A stretch of 64,000 nucleotides of DNA from a virus. The stretch lies in IMG/VR virus record IMGVR_UViG_3300043787_000046, positions 4,833 through 68,832 of that record. One strand, given 5' to 3'. The notes beneath the pieces were generated by a model. It did not search any database, was not told where the DNA came from, and worked only from the letters and a program-made list of their open reading frames with translations. Positions 46,930 to 57,136 of this stretch are shown one piece after another (position 1 is the first letter of the stretch; the number at the start of each line of letters is the position of its first letter). The position numbers were made by a program, and so were the translations under genes.

Positions 46930-48464
46930 GAGACGTCCTTTCCGGGGAATGCGATGCGGCCGATGATGACCGCGTTGACGATGCCGAAGGCGGCGACGAT
47001 GGCGAACCGGTCGCTGCCGGTCTGCGCGATGCGCCAGGCGGCGAGGGCGAGCCACGCGACGGCCAGCGTCCCGTTCCAGGCGACGAGGCACTTGCGGAAG
47101 CGCCGCGCGGCGTCTTTCGGGCCGCGGGTCGGCTGCCACGACATGACGTTGCCGCGGGCGAAATCCCACAAGGCGAGGGCCTGCGCCCAGCCGACGGCGA
47201 TGGCCAGCGGCCATGTCCCGAGCGGCCACTTCGTGTTGTGCCACAGCGGGTACAGCACGGTGCCGGTGATGACGGCGGGTATGAGCAGCAGCGCGTTGCG
47301 GAGCTGGATCTCGGCGGGCAGGAACGCCAGCAGGACCACGGGGATCAGCGGGATGATGACGGTGCGCAGTGCAGTGGTGAAGTTCCACATCCACCCGGCG
47401 ACGTACGGGAGCCGCGACTTCCAGGGCATCGGCACCCGCCACATGTGCTTGGTCCACACCAGGGACGTGGCTCCGCAGCACCACCGGTACTGCTGGCCCA
47501 TGAACTTGTCGATGCCGGACGGGCACACCCCGGCCGCCAGCGGGACGGGCAGGTACTTCAGCGCGTAGCCGGCCCGCCTCGCGTCGAGCCCGGTGTGGGA
47601 GTCCTCCGCGTACGGGATGAGAGTACAGCCGCCCACGGCCTCGAGCGCGGCACGGCGGTAGACGGCGTTGGACCCGACGCACAGCGCCGACCCGAACCGG
47701 TCGCGGGACTGCTGCACCGACCGGTAGAAGACCTCCAGCGTCGCCGCTGCGGCCTTCTCCACCCACGTCTGCCCCTTGGCGACGCGGAAGTACTGGGGGG
47801 TCTGCACGATCCCGGTCGCAGGGTCGTCCATGTACGGCAGCGTCTCGGCGAGGAAATCGGGGCGGGGCCGGAAGTCCGCATCGAAGATCACGATGTGCTC
47901 GCCGCGGGTCCGGGCGAACGCGTGCCGGATGTTCCCCGCCTTCTTGTGGATCCGCTCGGAGCGGCGTCCGTACCCGAAGCCGACCCGGCGCGCCAGTGCG
48001 GCCACGCCGTCGTCGTGGGCGTCGTCGAGGACGTACGGGCGCACGTCGCCGGGGTAGGAATCGCGCATCTCCGCGACGCCCTCCCACGTGTTGGCCAGCA
48101 CCGCGAGCGGCTCCCCGCACACCGGCAGGAACACGTCGACGTCCGGGTAGCGCTCCGGCTGCCAGGTCATCACCCGCAGCTCGTGCTCTTCGAGGTCGAA
48201 GCTGCCCCCGGTGAAGTTCACCGGGACGGACAGGCACTGGTAGGCGAGGTAGGCGAGCGTGTAGACGGCGAACGGCAGCGCAACCAGGTACTTGGCCTCA
48301 AGCCACGCCTGGGCGATGATGATGCACAGGGCGCTGACGGTGATCGCGCCGGTCAGCAGCGGAAGCGAGCGCCACGCGTACGACGTCTTCTCGTCGGCGT
48401 CCGGAGCAGAGGGAAGGATCAGGCTCCGGGCTGACCGGTGACGCCCGGCAGCAGCCGCGGTCAC
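46926..48464 (-). CDS. GT2 cellulose-synthase-like membrane glycosyltransferase
   Basis: VDVFLPVCGE, KKAGN, IFDADF, QTPQYF, AED, QQYRW; several TM segments. Confidence 0.9.
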   Translation of the reverse strand: MTAAAAGRHRSARSLILPSAPDADEKTSYAWRSLPLLTGAITVSALCIIIAQAWLEAKYLVALPFAVYTLAYLAYQCLSVPVNFTGGSFDLEEHELRVMTWQPERYPDVDVFLPVCGEPLAVLANTWEGVAEMRDSYPGDVRPYVLDDAHDDGVAALARRVGFGYGRRSERIHKKAGNIRHAFARTRGEHIVIFDADFRPRPDFLAETLPYMDDPATGIVQTPQYFRVAKGQTWVEKAAAATLEVFYRSVQQSRDRFGSALCVGSNAVYRRAALEAVGGCTLIPYAEDSHTGLDARRAGYALKYLPVPLAAGVCPSGIDKFMGQQYRWCCGATSLVWTKHMWRVPMPWKSRLPYVAGWMWNFTTALRTVIIPLIPVVLLAFLPAEIQLRNALLLIPAVITGTVLYPLWHNTKWPLGTWPLAIAVGWAQALALWDFARGNVMSWQPTRGPKDAARRFRKCLVAWNGTLAVAWLALAAWRIAQTGSDRFAIVAAFGIVNAVIIGRIAFPGKDVS

Positions 48465-50245
48465 TTTGAGGCCCCTTCCCGGACCCAGATCCGGAATGCG
48501 CTCTGCCATCCCGCCACCCGGTACGGGAGCACCGACACCAGCCGGTAGCCGCCGTAAGCGCGGATGTCGGCACTGATCTCTACGTCAACGGGCTGCGAGT
48601 CGGAGAACGACAGTGCGACGACGGAGAAGTACCGGTGCCGGACCGCATCCGCGAACCCGGGAGCGTCGACAAGGTGCTTGCCCGTCTCCGGATCCCGGTA
48701 GTCGAAGAACCATGGCCCGTAGAAGACAACGCCCCCGGCCTCGCCGGGCAGGTAGTACTCGATCACGTTGCCGTTATCGGCCGCCAGCACCGGCCCCCGC
48801 TCGCCAGCCAGGACTGTCCGCAGCTTCGCCGTGAATTGCGCGCTGTCCGGCCATGACCCGAAATGAGTCGCGGCCAGCGCAGCACCCAGCAGCGCGGCCC
48901 CCGCAATCGCCCCTCCAGCAGCCCGGAGTGCGCTGTGGCGCTTCGCTGCGGGCACCGCATCGGCCAGCGACGCGAGCGCGTATCCCGCAGCGGCCGCAGC
49001 GAACCACGCCCCGAACCCCACGTGCTTGAACAAGCTGGTGAACACGTGAATCCGGGCCTGGTTCGCAGGTGCGAGGATGATGGCGCCAGCCAGCACCCAC
49101 GTGGTCAGCCTCAGCGGCAGGTCGCGGCTCCGGACGGTCATGATTACCGCGCCGAGCGCGGCGAGGACCCCCGCTACGCCAACCCAGCCGAGGCTGTCCG
49201 CGGCGATCCCGGCCGCCGACGACGACCCGTGAGCGCGGCCCAGGGTGGTGAATGTGATGCCCCGCCAGTAGGGATGCCCTGCGAGCTCCAGTGCGGCGGC
49301 GACAGCAGCGGCGAGCACCGCTGCGCACAGGGCACCTGCGGCGACGCCGGCACGGAGGCCTCGCGCCCGCCACGCGAGCAGGATCACCAGTGCGACCACC
49401 ACTGGATTCCAGAGGGCTGCCGCATACTTCGCCGCGTCGGCCACCGCCAGCACTGCCCCGCAGCTACCTGCGATCCCGAAGGCCGCGACGGCGGAACCGC
49501 GTTCGGCCGCCTTTACAGCAAGCCATGCGGCGAATGCCAGCAGCGTCAGCGCCATCGAGTCATAAGTGGCGAACGCTCCGAGGAACTGCGTCGCCGCAGT
49601 TGCCGCGAACATGCCCGCCGCAAGCAGAGCCGCACGCCGGCCGAACAGGCTCCGCGTTAGCGAGTGCAGGAGACATGTCGCCGTCAGCATGAAGCACAGG
49701 GACAGGATCCGGGCGCCGGCCAGTCCGCCGAGAGAGTCGGCTAGCGCGCCGACCGGCGGATACACGACCGGGGCTCCGGAGAAATACGTCGGGAAGGCGG
49801 GCAGCGGCGCGCCGTGCAGCCAGTGCGCCCACTCCAGGTGCCCGGCCCACAGGTACAGCGCCTCGTCGGGGAACGCCGTGTTCGACCAGATGAGCCTTAG
49901 CGACAGCGCCGCCTGAACGATCAGGATCAGTCCCAGCGCGACCGCGGACCGGCTGACCCGGTGAATCCCCGTCCGGAACACGCCCCGGTGCTGCAAGAAC
50001 GGGGACGCCGAGGGCGCGCGGTCAAGCCGCTGCGTCTCACCCAGCGCCTCCAGTACCGCGAGCGAGTCAAGCTGGTCCCCGGTCACCGGTCCCGTGTACG
50101 GCACGTCCGGCACCGGCGTCATCCGTCCCCGCCGTACCAGCTCCGCCAGTTCCTCATGCGGGCCGAGGGCGATCTGCTGCCCCGTCGCCGGGAAGTCGTC
50201 GTCCCGTGCGGCCCGGAAGCCGTTCGGCAGCGTCGGGGCGCTCAC
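48461..50245 (-). CDS. ArnT/PMT-like (GT-C) membrane glycosyltransferase
   Basis: FPDEALYL..G, AGARILSL, ATYD, AKY motifs; many TM segments. Confidence 0.75.
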   Translation of the reverse strand: MSAPTLPNGFRAARDDDFPATGQQIALGPHEELAELVRRGRMTPVPDVPYTGPVTGDQLDSLAVLEALGETQRLDRAPSASPFLQHRGVFRTGIHRVSRSAVALGLILIVQAALSLRLIWSNTAFPDEALYLWAGHLEWAHWLHGAPLPAFPTYFSGAPVVYPPVGALADSLGGLAGARILSLCFMLTATCLLHSLTRSLFGRRAALLAAGMFAATAATQFLGAFATYDSMALTLLAFAAWLAVKAAERGSAVAAFGIAGSCGAVLAVADAAKYAAALWNPVVVALVILLAWRARGLRAGVAAGALCAAVLAAAVAAALELAGHPYWRGITFTTLGRAHGSSSAAGIAADSLGWVGVAGVLAALGAVIMTVRSRDLPLRLTTWVLAGAIILAPANQARIHVFTSLFKHVGFGAWFAAAAAGYALASLADAVPAAKRHSALRAAGGAIAGAALLGAALAATHFGSWPDSAQFTAKLRTVLAGERGPVLAADNGNVIEYYLPGEAGGVVFYGPWFFDYRDPETGKHLVDAPGFADAVRHRYFSVVALSFSDSQPVDVEISADIRAYGGYRLVSVLPYRVAGWQSAFRIWVREGASK

Positions 50246-50835
50246 GACGCGGCCCCCTTCCGCATGTAAGCGGTCAGGTAGCAATGGATGCCCCAGTGGC
50301 TGACGTGCTGCGGAGCGACGCCGGACTCTTCCCATTCGGCGTCAAGCAGCTTGAAGAACTCGTCATCAGCGGCGCACCCGCCTTCCGGCTCTCCCGCGAA
50401 GATCAGCAGGTCACCGTCGTAGCAGGCCAGGGACTGCGCTGCCCCCGTCTCCACGACGCCCTTCCCGCCGAGGATGTCCCGCATCCACGCGATATCCCCT
50501 GGCGACGGAATCGACCAGGAGAACGTCCGGCAGAGGGAGAACCGGTCAGCGAAGACGCGGAGATCGTTCCCCGGCGTGCCCGTGAACAGGTGCGTCATAG
50601 GCTCGGGCCGCGTTTCCCGCGGGAACGGTATGTCCGACAGCGGGAGCTGGCGGATGATTTCCCAGTACGGGTTCCGGGTCCCGACCGGGACTTCCTGATC
50701 CCATTTGCCGCCGGCGATCCTGGCGGGGATGTTGCGCGAGTAGTGGTCCGGTTCCGGATCCTGCCACCACGCGGCGAGTTCCGCTAGCAGGGCATCCGCG
50801 TCGACGGGGTCCGCGTTCCATCCGGCCGCGCTCAC
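50242..50835 (-). CDS. Methyltransferase-like hypothetical protein, apparent internal deletion
   Basis: FSWSIP...GVVETGA then directly YDGD..I..GE..GGC. Confidence 0.45.
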   Translation of the reverse strand: MSAAGWNADPVDADALLAELAAWWQDPEPDHYSRNIPARIAGGKWDQEVPVGTRNPYWEIIRQLPLSDIPFPRETRPEPMTHLFTGTPGNDLRVFADRFSLCRTFSWSIPSPGDIAWMRDILGGKGVVETGAAQSLACYDGDLLIFAGEPEGGCAADDEFFKLLDAEWEESGVAPQHVSHWGIHCYLTAYMRKGAAS

Positions 50836-50911
50836 CGGTCACCGCCCCGCGCCGCGAGGACGATGAGCACGATCACGACGACCCCGGCGGCAGCAGTGAA
50901 GAAGATCCGCA

Positions 50912-51520
50912 TCACCGCTCCAGCGCGTCAGCAACCGGGGCGACGACCGCGCTGAACTCGGCGGCCAGCACGCTGACCGCCTCACGGGCCGTCTCCTCGA
51001 CCTCGCCGGGCCGGCGGTACGCGCCAGGCGCATCCGGGAGCCGCCCCAGCGGCACCGCGAACACCAGGCGCACCGACGAGAGGGCGTAGCAGTTGCCCCG
51101 GGTCACCTCGTCAGCCCACGGCTCGCGCGGGCAGTCCTCGTCGCTGGCGAACGAGTGCTCGCGCGGCCACGGGTGCCACGACTCCCCGAGCTGGTAGCGG
51201 CGGTCCCGCAGGCCCTGCGGCCACGGGGACGCCAGCTCCACCGCGGCGATGAGCCCGGGGCCGCCGTTATCGTCGAGGCTGAGCCGCACGTCCAGGACCG
51301 GCGCGTGCCAGTCCGCGTACGGGGGCGACATCACCGGGCCGGTCGCGCAGGACCAGGCCAGTTTCGCGAACCGCTCCCTCAGCCGGTCCTCGAACGTCCC
51401 GTCCCACAGCTCGGCGAAGCCGCCCGGGATCCGGTCGCGGACGTAATGGCCGTACCGCGAGACCCCGTCCGAGGCGGACAGGCGGTCACCTTCGCGGTCG
51501 ACCGTGAACAAGGCCGTCAT
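50912..51520 (-). CDS. Hypothetical protein
   Basis: SDGVSRYGHY...AWSCATGPVMSP motif; coding bias. Confidence 0.55.
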   Translation of the reverse strand: MTALFTVDREGDRLSASDGVSRYGHYVRDRIPGGFAELWDGTFEDRLRERFAKLAWSCATGPVMSPPYADWHAPVLDVRLSLDDNGGPGLIAAVELASPWPQGLRDRRYQLGESWHPWPREHSFASDEDCPREPWADEVTRGNCYALSSVRLVFAVPLGRLPDAPGAYRRPGEVEETAREAVSVLAAEFSAVVAPVADALER

Positions 51521-51655
51521 GACTGCCTCGCAGCGGCAGTGATGGCCATTGGCCGTGATATTTCCGGCGCTCCCGGCGCAGGGGTATCCATGGACTCGCA
51601 CCTTTCGGGGGTTGCGGCCGCCCGTCCGGGCGGCGCGGGACAGGGGTTCGGGGGG

Positions 51656-51904
51656 TTATGCGGCGGAGTGCTTGCGGCCTGCGTCGCCGGATGCTTCGCC
51701 GTACTGCTCGGTCTCAAGCTCGCTGACGTACCGCTCGCACTCGGCGAGCGAGATGCGCCGCACCTGCGGGGCCAGCTCGAGCTTGCGGATCTTCCCCTGG
51801 CGCATGAGCCGGTAGAGCTGCGAGATGGAAACGCCGATCTTGCGGCGCGCCTCGTCGTAGGTCAGCAGCAGCGACCCGTCCGGGGTGTCACCCGCGTCCG
51901 TCAT
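51656..51904 (-). CDS. Excisionase-like HTH protein
   Basis: LLTYDEARRKIGVSISQLYRLMRQGKI...RRIS; divergent from repressor. Confidence 0.8.
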   Translation of the reverse strand: MTDAGDTPDGSLLLTYDEARRKIGVSISQLYRLMRQGKIRKLELAPQVRRISLAECERYVSELETEQYGEASGDAGRKHSAA

Positions 51905-52033
51905 CGGCTTCTCCTGTCGTGATAGCCAGATCGCATCACCTGTGATGCCGGCGTGCGTTCACACGGTACTGCCAACGACAGCCAATAGCAACCTGCGATT
52001 GCCAGTGACTCTCAACTGCTATACGGTGACGGC

Positions 52034-52609
52034 GTGACATCAGGGCGGGAAAGCGGTGACGAGTGGTTCGGCGCGAACCTCCGCGCCGGGAGAGACCGGC
52101 TGGGCATCGGCCAGCGCGAGCTGGCACGCCTCATGACCGAGGACGGCCATGCGTGGTTCCAGTCGACCGTCGCCCGCGCCGAGGCCGGCCGCCAGGCGGT
52201 GCGCGTCATGGAAGCCGCGTCGCTGGCCCGCATCCTCGCGACCACGGTCGACATGCTGACCAGGCCCCCGCCCGAGACCGCGGCACTCATGATGGCCGAC
52301 CACGCTCTCGGGCGCCTGCACTCGGGCCGCGCGCAGGTGATCCGGTCGGTCGCGGCATACCTGCGCGCCAGGGACGGCGCCGTACGGGCGGTCAGTGCCG
52401 CGCAGGACAGCCCGTACGAGAGCGTCCGCGGCCAGGCCGCCGAGCTGGCCGCCGAGCTCGGCGAGGGCGGCCTCGACGAGGCGGTAGAGGACGGCATCTG
52501 GAAGTACGAGCACCCCGAGGGGGCCGAAGACGATGACGGAGACGGGACCGGGACCGAAGCGGACACGGAAAGCGAACCTGGAGTCGTGGGTCAGCCAGGT
52601 CCCGAATGA
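52034..52609 (+). CDS. XRE-family HTH repressor
   Basis: FGANLRAGRDRLGIGQRELA...QSTVARAEAGRQAV. Confidence 0.8.
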   Translation: MTSGRESGDEWFGANLRAGRDRLGIGQRELARLMTEDGHAWFQSTVARAEAGRQAVRVMEAASLARILATTVDMLTRPPPETAALMMADHALGRLHSGRAQVIRSVAAYLRARDGAVRAVSAAQDSPYESVRGQAAELAAELGEGGLDEAVEDGIWKYEHPEGAEDDDGDGTGTEADTESEPGVVGQPGPE

Positions 52610-54011
52610 CCGCGGCTACTACGAGGCCAAGGTCTGGATGGGGATCAAGCCTGACGGGAAACCGGACCGCCGCCACCTCCAGCGCAAGTCCCTCCCTCAA
52701 CTCAGGAAGGCGGTCCGCGTACTGGAGAACAGGCGCGACGCAGGCCAGGGCGGGAAACCCGGCAAGCTCCCCACCGTGGAGGAGATGCTCACCCGGCACC
52801 TGGCCGTCGTCCTGCCGGCCAAAGGGCGCGCCCCGCGCACGATCTCCGACTACTGGTCGAAGTGCCGCAACGACATCTTCCCCCGGTGGGGCGGCTGCCG
52901 CATCGACCGGCTGCTCCCCGAGTGGCTCGAGGACGGCTACGCCGACATGCTCGCCGCAGGCCACGCACCCTCGCACGTCGTCAAGGTCCACGTCATCCTC
53001 AGCTCCGCCTATAAGGTCCAGGCTGAGCGCTCCCAGAAGTACGGCCTCGCCGGCGGGACGGTCATCGTGAACCCGTGCGACTATGTCGACCCCCCCGAGC
53101 TGTCGGCGACAGAGAAGAAATCACTGACCAAGAGGCAGGCGCGGGCCGTCCTCGCCCAGGCGGAGAAAAGCGGGAACTGGCTCCGGTGGGCCTATGGCAT
53201 GTCGGTCGGCAACCGGCAGGGCGAGGTACTCGGGCTCCGCTGGGAGTACATGAACATCGACGTTCCCGAGGGAGAGCCCGGCGAGGCGAGGATCTCCTGG
53301 CAGCTCCAGCGGCTCACCTGGGAGCACGGCTGCGCTGACGAGACGGAGAAGGCGCTGCGGAAGAAGGGGGCGGCCAAGGCCGAGACCGATAAGGCCGCGG
53401 CGAAACGGCGCCACGAGTGCGCGGCAAAGCACTGCAAGAAGAAACCGTGCCCGGCCAGGTGCAAGAAGCACACCAGGGCGTGCCCGTCGCCGTGCCCGGA
53501 TGACTGCGAAAGCCACGCCCGCGACTGCCCGGACCGCAAGCTCCCGCAGGGCTGCGTCCCGGTGTCCGGTGCCCTCGTGCTGCGCGAGATCAAGGAGAAG
53601 CGCCGCGCCAGGGTCAAGACCGTCCCCATCCCCCCCGAGCTGTGCGCGCCGTTCCGTGAGCACCGGGAGAAGCAGTTCGAGGCGAAGATGCTCGCCGGAT
53701 CCGAGTGGACGGAGCACGACCTCGTCTTCACCCGGTGGAACGGGAGCCCGGTCGACCCGCGGCAGGACTGGGAGGAGTGGAAGCGGCTGCAGGAGGCCTC
53801 GGGCGTCGCGCACCGCGGCGTCCACGGCACCCGGCACACCGCCGCGACCCTCGCCGTCGATGAAGGGGTCGCGATCACGGTCGTCAAGGAGATGCTCGGC
53901 CACTCCGACATCCGCGTCACGGAGGGTTACATCGAGACTGCGTCGCCTCAGGCGCAGCGGGCGGCGCGGACGATCGGGAAGGCTCTTTTCGGGAGGGACT
54001 CGGGGACGTGA
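52533..54011 (+). CDS. int: Tyrosine integrase
   Basis: GNRQGEVLGLRW, HGTRHT, MLGHSDIRVTEGY catalytic motifs. Confidence 0.95.
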   Translation: MTETGPGPKRTRKANLESWVSQVPNDRGYYEAKVWMGIKPDGKPDRRHLQRKSLPQLRKAVRVLENRRDAGQGGKPGKLPTVEEMLTRHLAVVLPAKGRAPRTISDYWSKCRNDIFPRWGGCRIDRLLPEWLEDGYADMLAAGHAPSHVVKVHVILSSAYKVQAERSQKYGLAGGTVIVNPCDYVDPPELSATEKKSLTKRQARAVLAQAEKSGNWLRWAYGMSVGNRQGEVLGLRWEYMNIDVPEGEPGEARISWQLQRLTWEHGCADETEKALRKKGAAKAETDKAAAKRRHECAAKHCKKKPCPARCKKHTRACPSPCPDDCESHARDCPDRKLPQGCVPVSGALVLREIKEKRRARVKTVPIPPELCAPFREHREKQFEAKMLAGSEWTEHDLVFTRWNGSPVDPRQDWEEWKRLQEASGVAHRGVHGTRHTAATLAVDEGVAITVVKEMLGHSDIRVTEGYIETASPQAQRAARTIGKALFGRDSGT

Positions 54012-54087
54012 AAGCGCTCGCCAAGGACGGCCGGCGCCGGTCGCGTTCGAACGCGTCTAGGAGCTAGATAGCCGGGCCGATTTTCAA

Positions 54088-54310
54088 AACTGGTCCCAGA
54101 ACTGGTCCCATCCGCCGATCCGCGAAGATCGCAACATGGGCCTGACCTGTGAGCCGCCTATCGGAATCGAACCGATGACCTACGCATTACGAGTTCGCGG
54201 TAACCCGCATTCAGGGGCGTTCAACAGCATCCGGTCACGCCGTTTCACCTGCTCAGATAGCCGTTGCAATTCGCTGGACGCGGTTGCGACTGTCCCCAGA
54301 ATTGTCCCCA
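54088..54310. other. attP: core identical in form to the 3' half of tRNA-Thr(CGT), with arm-type repeats
   Basis: 54151-54194 reverse complement reads ACTCGTAATGCGTAGGTCATCGGTTCGATTCCGATAGGCGGCTC; repeats aactggtccca x2 (54088-54110) and a(c/t)tgtcccca x2 (54289-54310). Confidence 0.85.
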
Positions 54311-55223
54311 CGGCATGCGCGGTCCCGTTCGAACGCCCCGCGCGGCTCCATCGCCCGCTCGAGCGCGGGCGGCGGCACGGGACAGTATTACCCCGCGCGC
54401 TGTACGGTCAGCACATGACGACGATCGACCTGCGCACGCTCGGTCTCGTCGCCCGGCTCGCGGACCAGAGCCTCGCGGGGAGCCTGCTCGCGTGGCGGGA
54501 CAGGATGGTGGCCGCGTTCGGCGTGCCGGAGGGCGCGGTGGCGTTCATCGTCCCGGCCTGGGCGCTGACCGGCGTGACTCATCTCGCCGGGTCCCCGGTA
54601 GTTCACAGCGGGGACGTGTCCGTGCCGGTGGTGGCTCTCGCGCCGGACGGGCCGTCCGGTGTCGCGATGATGAGTTAAAGATGTCGCCGAGGGGGAAGCG
54701 TCGGAATCCCGGAGGTGCCGGGCGGCACCGCGCCGGGCGGGTAGGCGCTGTCCGGCAGCGGCGGGAGCGGCTCGCCCGGTCGTGCGCTGCGCATCGCGGC
54801 TTCCTGTTCTTCGCGCATCCTGCGCAGGCGCGGCGACGGGCCGAGGGTGAGGTAGCCGAAGCCGCGGGTGAGCCAGTGCCACATGACCTAAGCGGACGGG
54901 GGCGGGGCGCGGCGTCGGGTGATCAGCCCCCCTGCGTGAAGTTATTGCCGGGCATCCGCCGGTCCCGTCCGGCGGCTGACCTTCCGCCGGGCTGTCCGCG
55001 CCATGCCTGGCGCCGGGCGTGCATACGGTCTTGGCGGGCGGGTTTAGCCCGGTGCGCTGTGCTCGGGCTAGCCTCTCCGTCCCGAGGTCCGGTGCTTGCC
55101 CTGCGGTTCCCGCGCTGTCCGTAGCCCCTCCCGGTGTCATCCGGTACTCACTGCGGCTTGCGGCTAGGATAGCGCGGTGCCGGGCGTCGCGGCACGCCTG
55201 GGTCTAGACGTGGCGGCCGAGAT

Positions 55224-55760
<537 letters not shown>

Positions 55761-55780
55761 TGCGCGGCTCCGTCCGCTCG

Positions 55781-55814
55781 ACTAGTTCACTTGTATACTA
55801 GTTCACATGTGAAC
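55781..55814. promoter_or_regulatory. Operator-like repeats
   Basis: actagttcac x2 and palindrome gttcacatgtgaac in an AT-rich patch. Confidence 0.5.
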
Positions 55815-55940
55815 CTGTCTCAAGGGGGTTCTGGCAGATTCGGCAGATTCCGGCAGCTTGACGCGATGGACCTCAGCTTCTCCGGCCCGTTGATGACAAG
55901 CGGGCCGTGATCTCATCGCGGGGCCAGGTCGGTCCCGATC

Positions 55941-56384
55941 TCAATGGGCGGCTGGTGATACCTTCACAAGCCGGACCACTATCTGTCCTTCTTCCTCACC
56001 CACGGTGGCATTCCAGCCTTCGCGGGCCTCGACCCTGATCATGCTCTCCTCCGGGCCGGGCTGGCCGGAGGTCGCTGACACGGTAGCCAGGACACCGGGA
56101 GTGCTCACCGTCACCCACCGGTACAGGCCGAACGGGGCAACCAAGCCGACCCGGTTGGGTTCTCTCACCGCATTCCGCCACGCCACGGCATCGTCAAGCA
56201 TGCTCTCCAGGCACCCGCAGTCACTGGCCCCCATATGGTGGAACCCGTTCGCGCAGCGGTCATCGAGACACCCGCAGGCGTCACCGCCCCACTCACCCCG
56301 GTAGCCCCACATGACCGCCCACTGGGCCGGGGTGAAACCAGCATCACGGAGGGCGGCCTTTGCGGCGGCATTAAGCTTGGCCAT
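55941..56384 (-). CDS. Cys-rich hypothetical protein
   Basis: GDACGCLDDRC..FHH..DCGCL. Confidence 0.55.
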   Translation of the reverse strand: MAKLNAAAKAALRDAGFTPAQWAVMWGYRGEWGGDACGCLDDRCANGFHHMGASDCGCLESMLDDAVAWRNAVREPNRVGLVAPFGLYRWVTVSTPGVLATVSATSGQPGPEESMIRVEAREGWNATVGEEEGQIVVRLVKVSPAAH

Positions 56385-56769
56385 CACGAACCTCCTCTCC
56401 GAAGAGTGCCTTCGCCGCAATCGTGTAGGTATTGCACGGCCATTCCTCCGCATCCGTCGGGTCTATCAGGTTCTCCCGGCACCACCCGCAGGCGAAACCC
56501 TCAGGCTGGCATAGGCACAGGCTGTCTCCGTTGCCGCCCTCGTCGTGGCAGCCCGCGTCGAAGTCATGACCGCAGTCGCAAGGCTTGTCGCGCGGCCCGG
56601 CAGCGTACAGCGGTACCGGCTTGTGGTCGTCGAGGAGAGCAGTGATCGTCTCCACGAGGCGAGGCACGTCGGCCCCGGATTCAGCCATCCCCTTCGGGCT
56701 TGCGTAGGCGAGCGCGGCGCGGTCGCGGATCTCGTCCAGCTCCAGGCGCACAGGATCGTCGTCAGCCAT
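56371..56769 (-). CDS. Cys-rich hypothetical protein
   Basis: DVPRL..., WPCNT motif. Confidence 0.55.
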   Translation of the reverse strand: MADDDPVRLELDEIRDRAALAYASPKGMAESGADVPRLVETITALLDDHKPVPLYAAGPRDKPCDCGHDFDAGCHDEGGNGDSLCLCQPEGFACGWCRENLIDPTDAEEWPCNTYTIAAKALFGEEVRDGQA

Positions 56770-57136
56770 GATCGTCCTCCTTCACGGGCCTGACCTCGCA
56801 CACGATGTACCGGTCACGGCGTCCCGCCTGGTCGGCCTTGTCGGTGTGGAGGTCCCGTTCCCAGCCGGCGTCCTCCGGGTTGAAGTGCAGCACCTGGGAG
56901 GCGAGCAGGTCTTCTATCTGTCCGCTGGCCGCGCCGATCACGGCGACCACGTAATAGGGGCGCTCAGGCGGCGCAGCAGGATCGGAGCGCTCGATGACGA
57001 TCTCGTACTGGTCGCTGCCCGTCTCGATCTCGCGGATGCGGACGGTACCGCCTGATACTTCCGCCACAGCGGCAGCCAGGGCGGCAAGGTCCGGCTGCTC
57101 CCGGTAATCCCAGGTGAGGGTTTTAACAGTCATCAT
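56762..57136 (-). CDS. Hypothetical protein
   Basis: TWDYREQPD motif; coupled operon. Confidence 0.5.
   Translation of the reverse strand: MMTVKTLTWDYREQPDLAALAAAVAEVSGGTVRIREIETGSDQYEIVIERSDPAAPPERPYYVVAVIGAASGQIEDLLASQVLHFNPEDAGWERDLHTDKADQAGRRDRYIVCEVRPVKEDDHG

Noticed and set aside
54136-54200. Possible full tRNA-Thr gene and overlapping ORF 54136-54678
   Set aside because: Only the 3' half from the anticodon loop is present, so it is an att core; the ORF's N-terminal part is a translation of this site
54890-55220. Hairpin-rich intergenic stretch as a possible ncRNA
   Set aside because: Hairpins are short and GC-driven, with no recognisable motif
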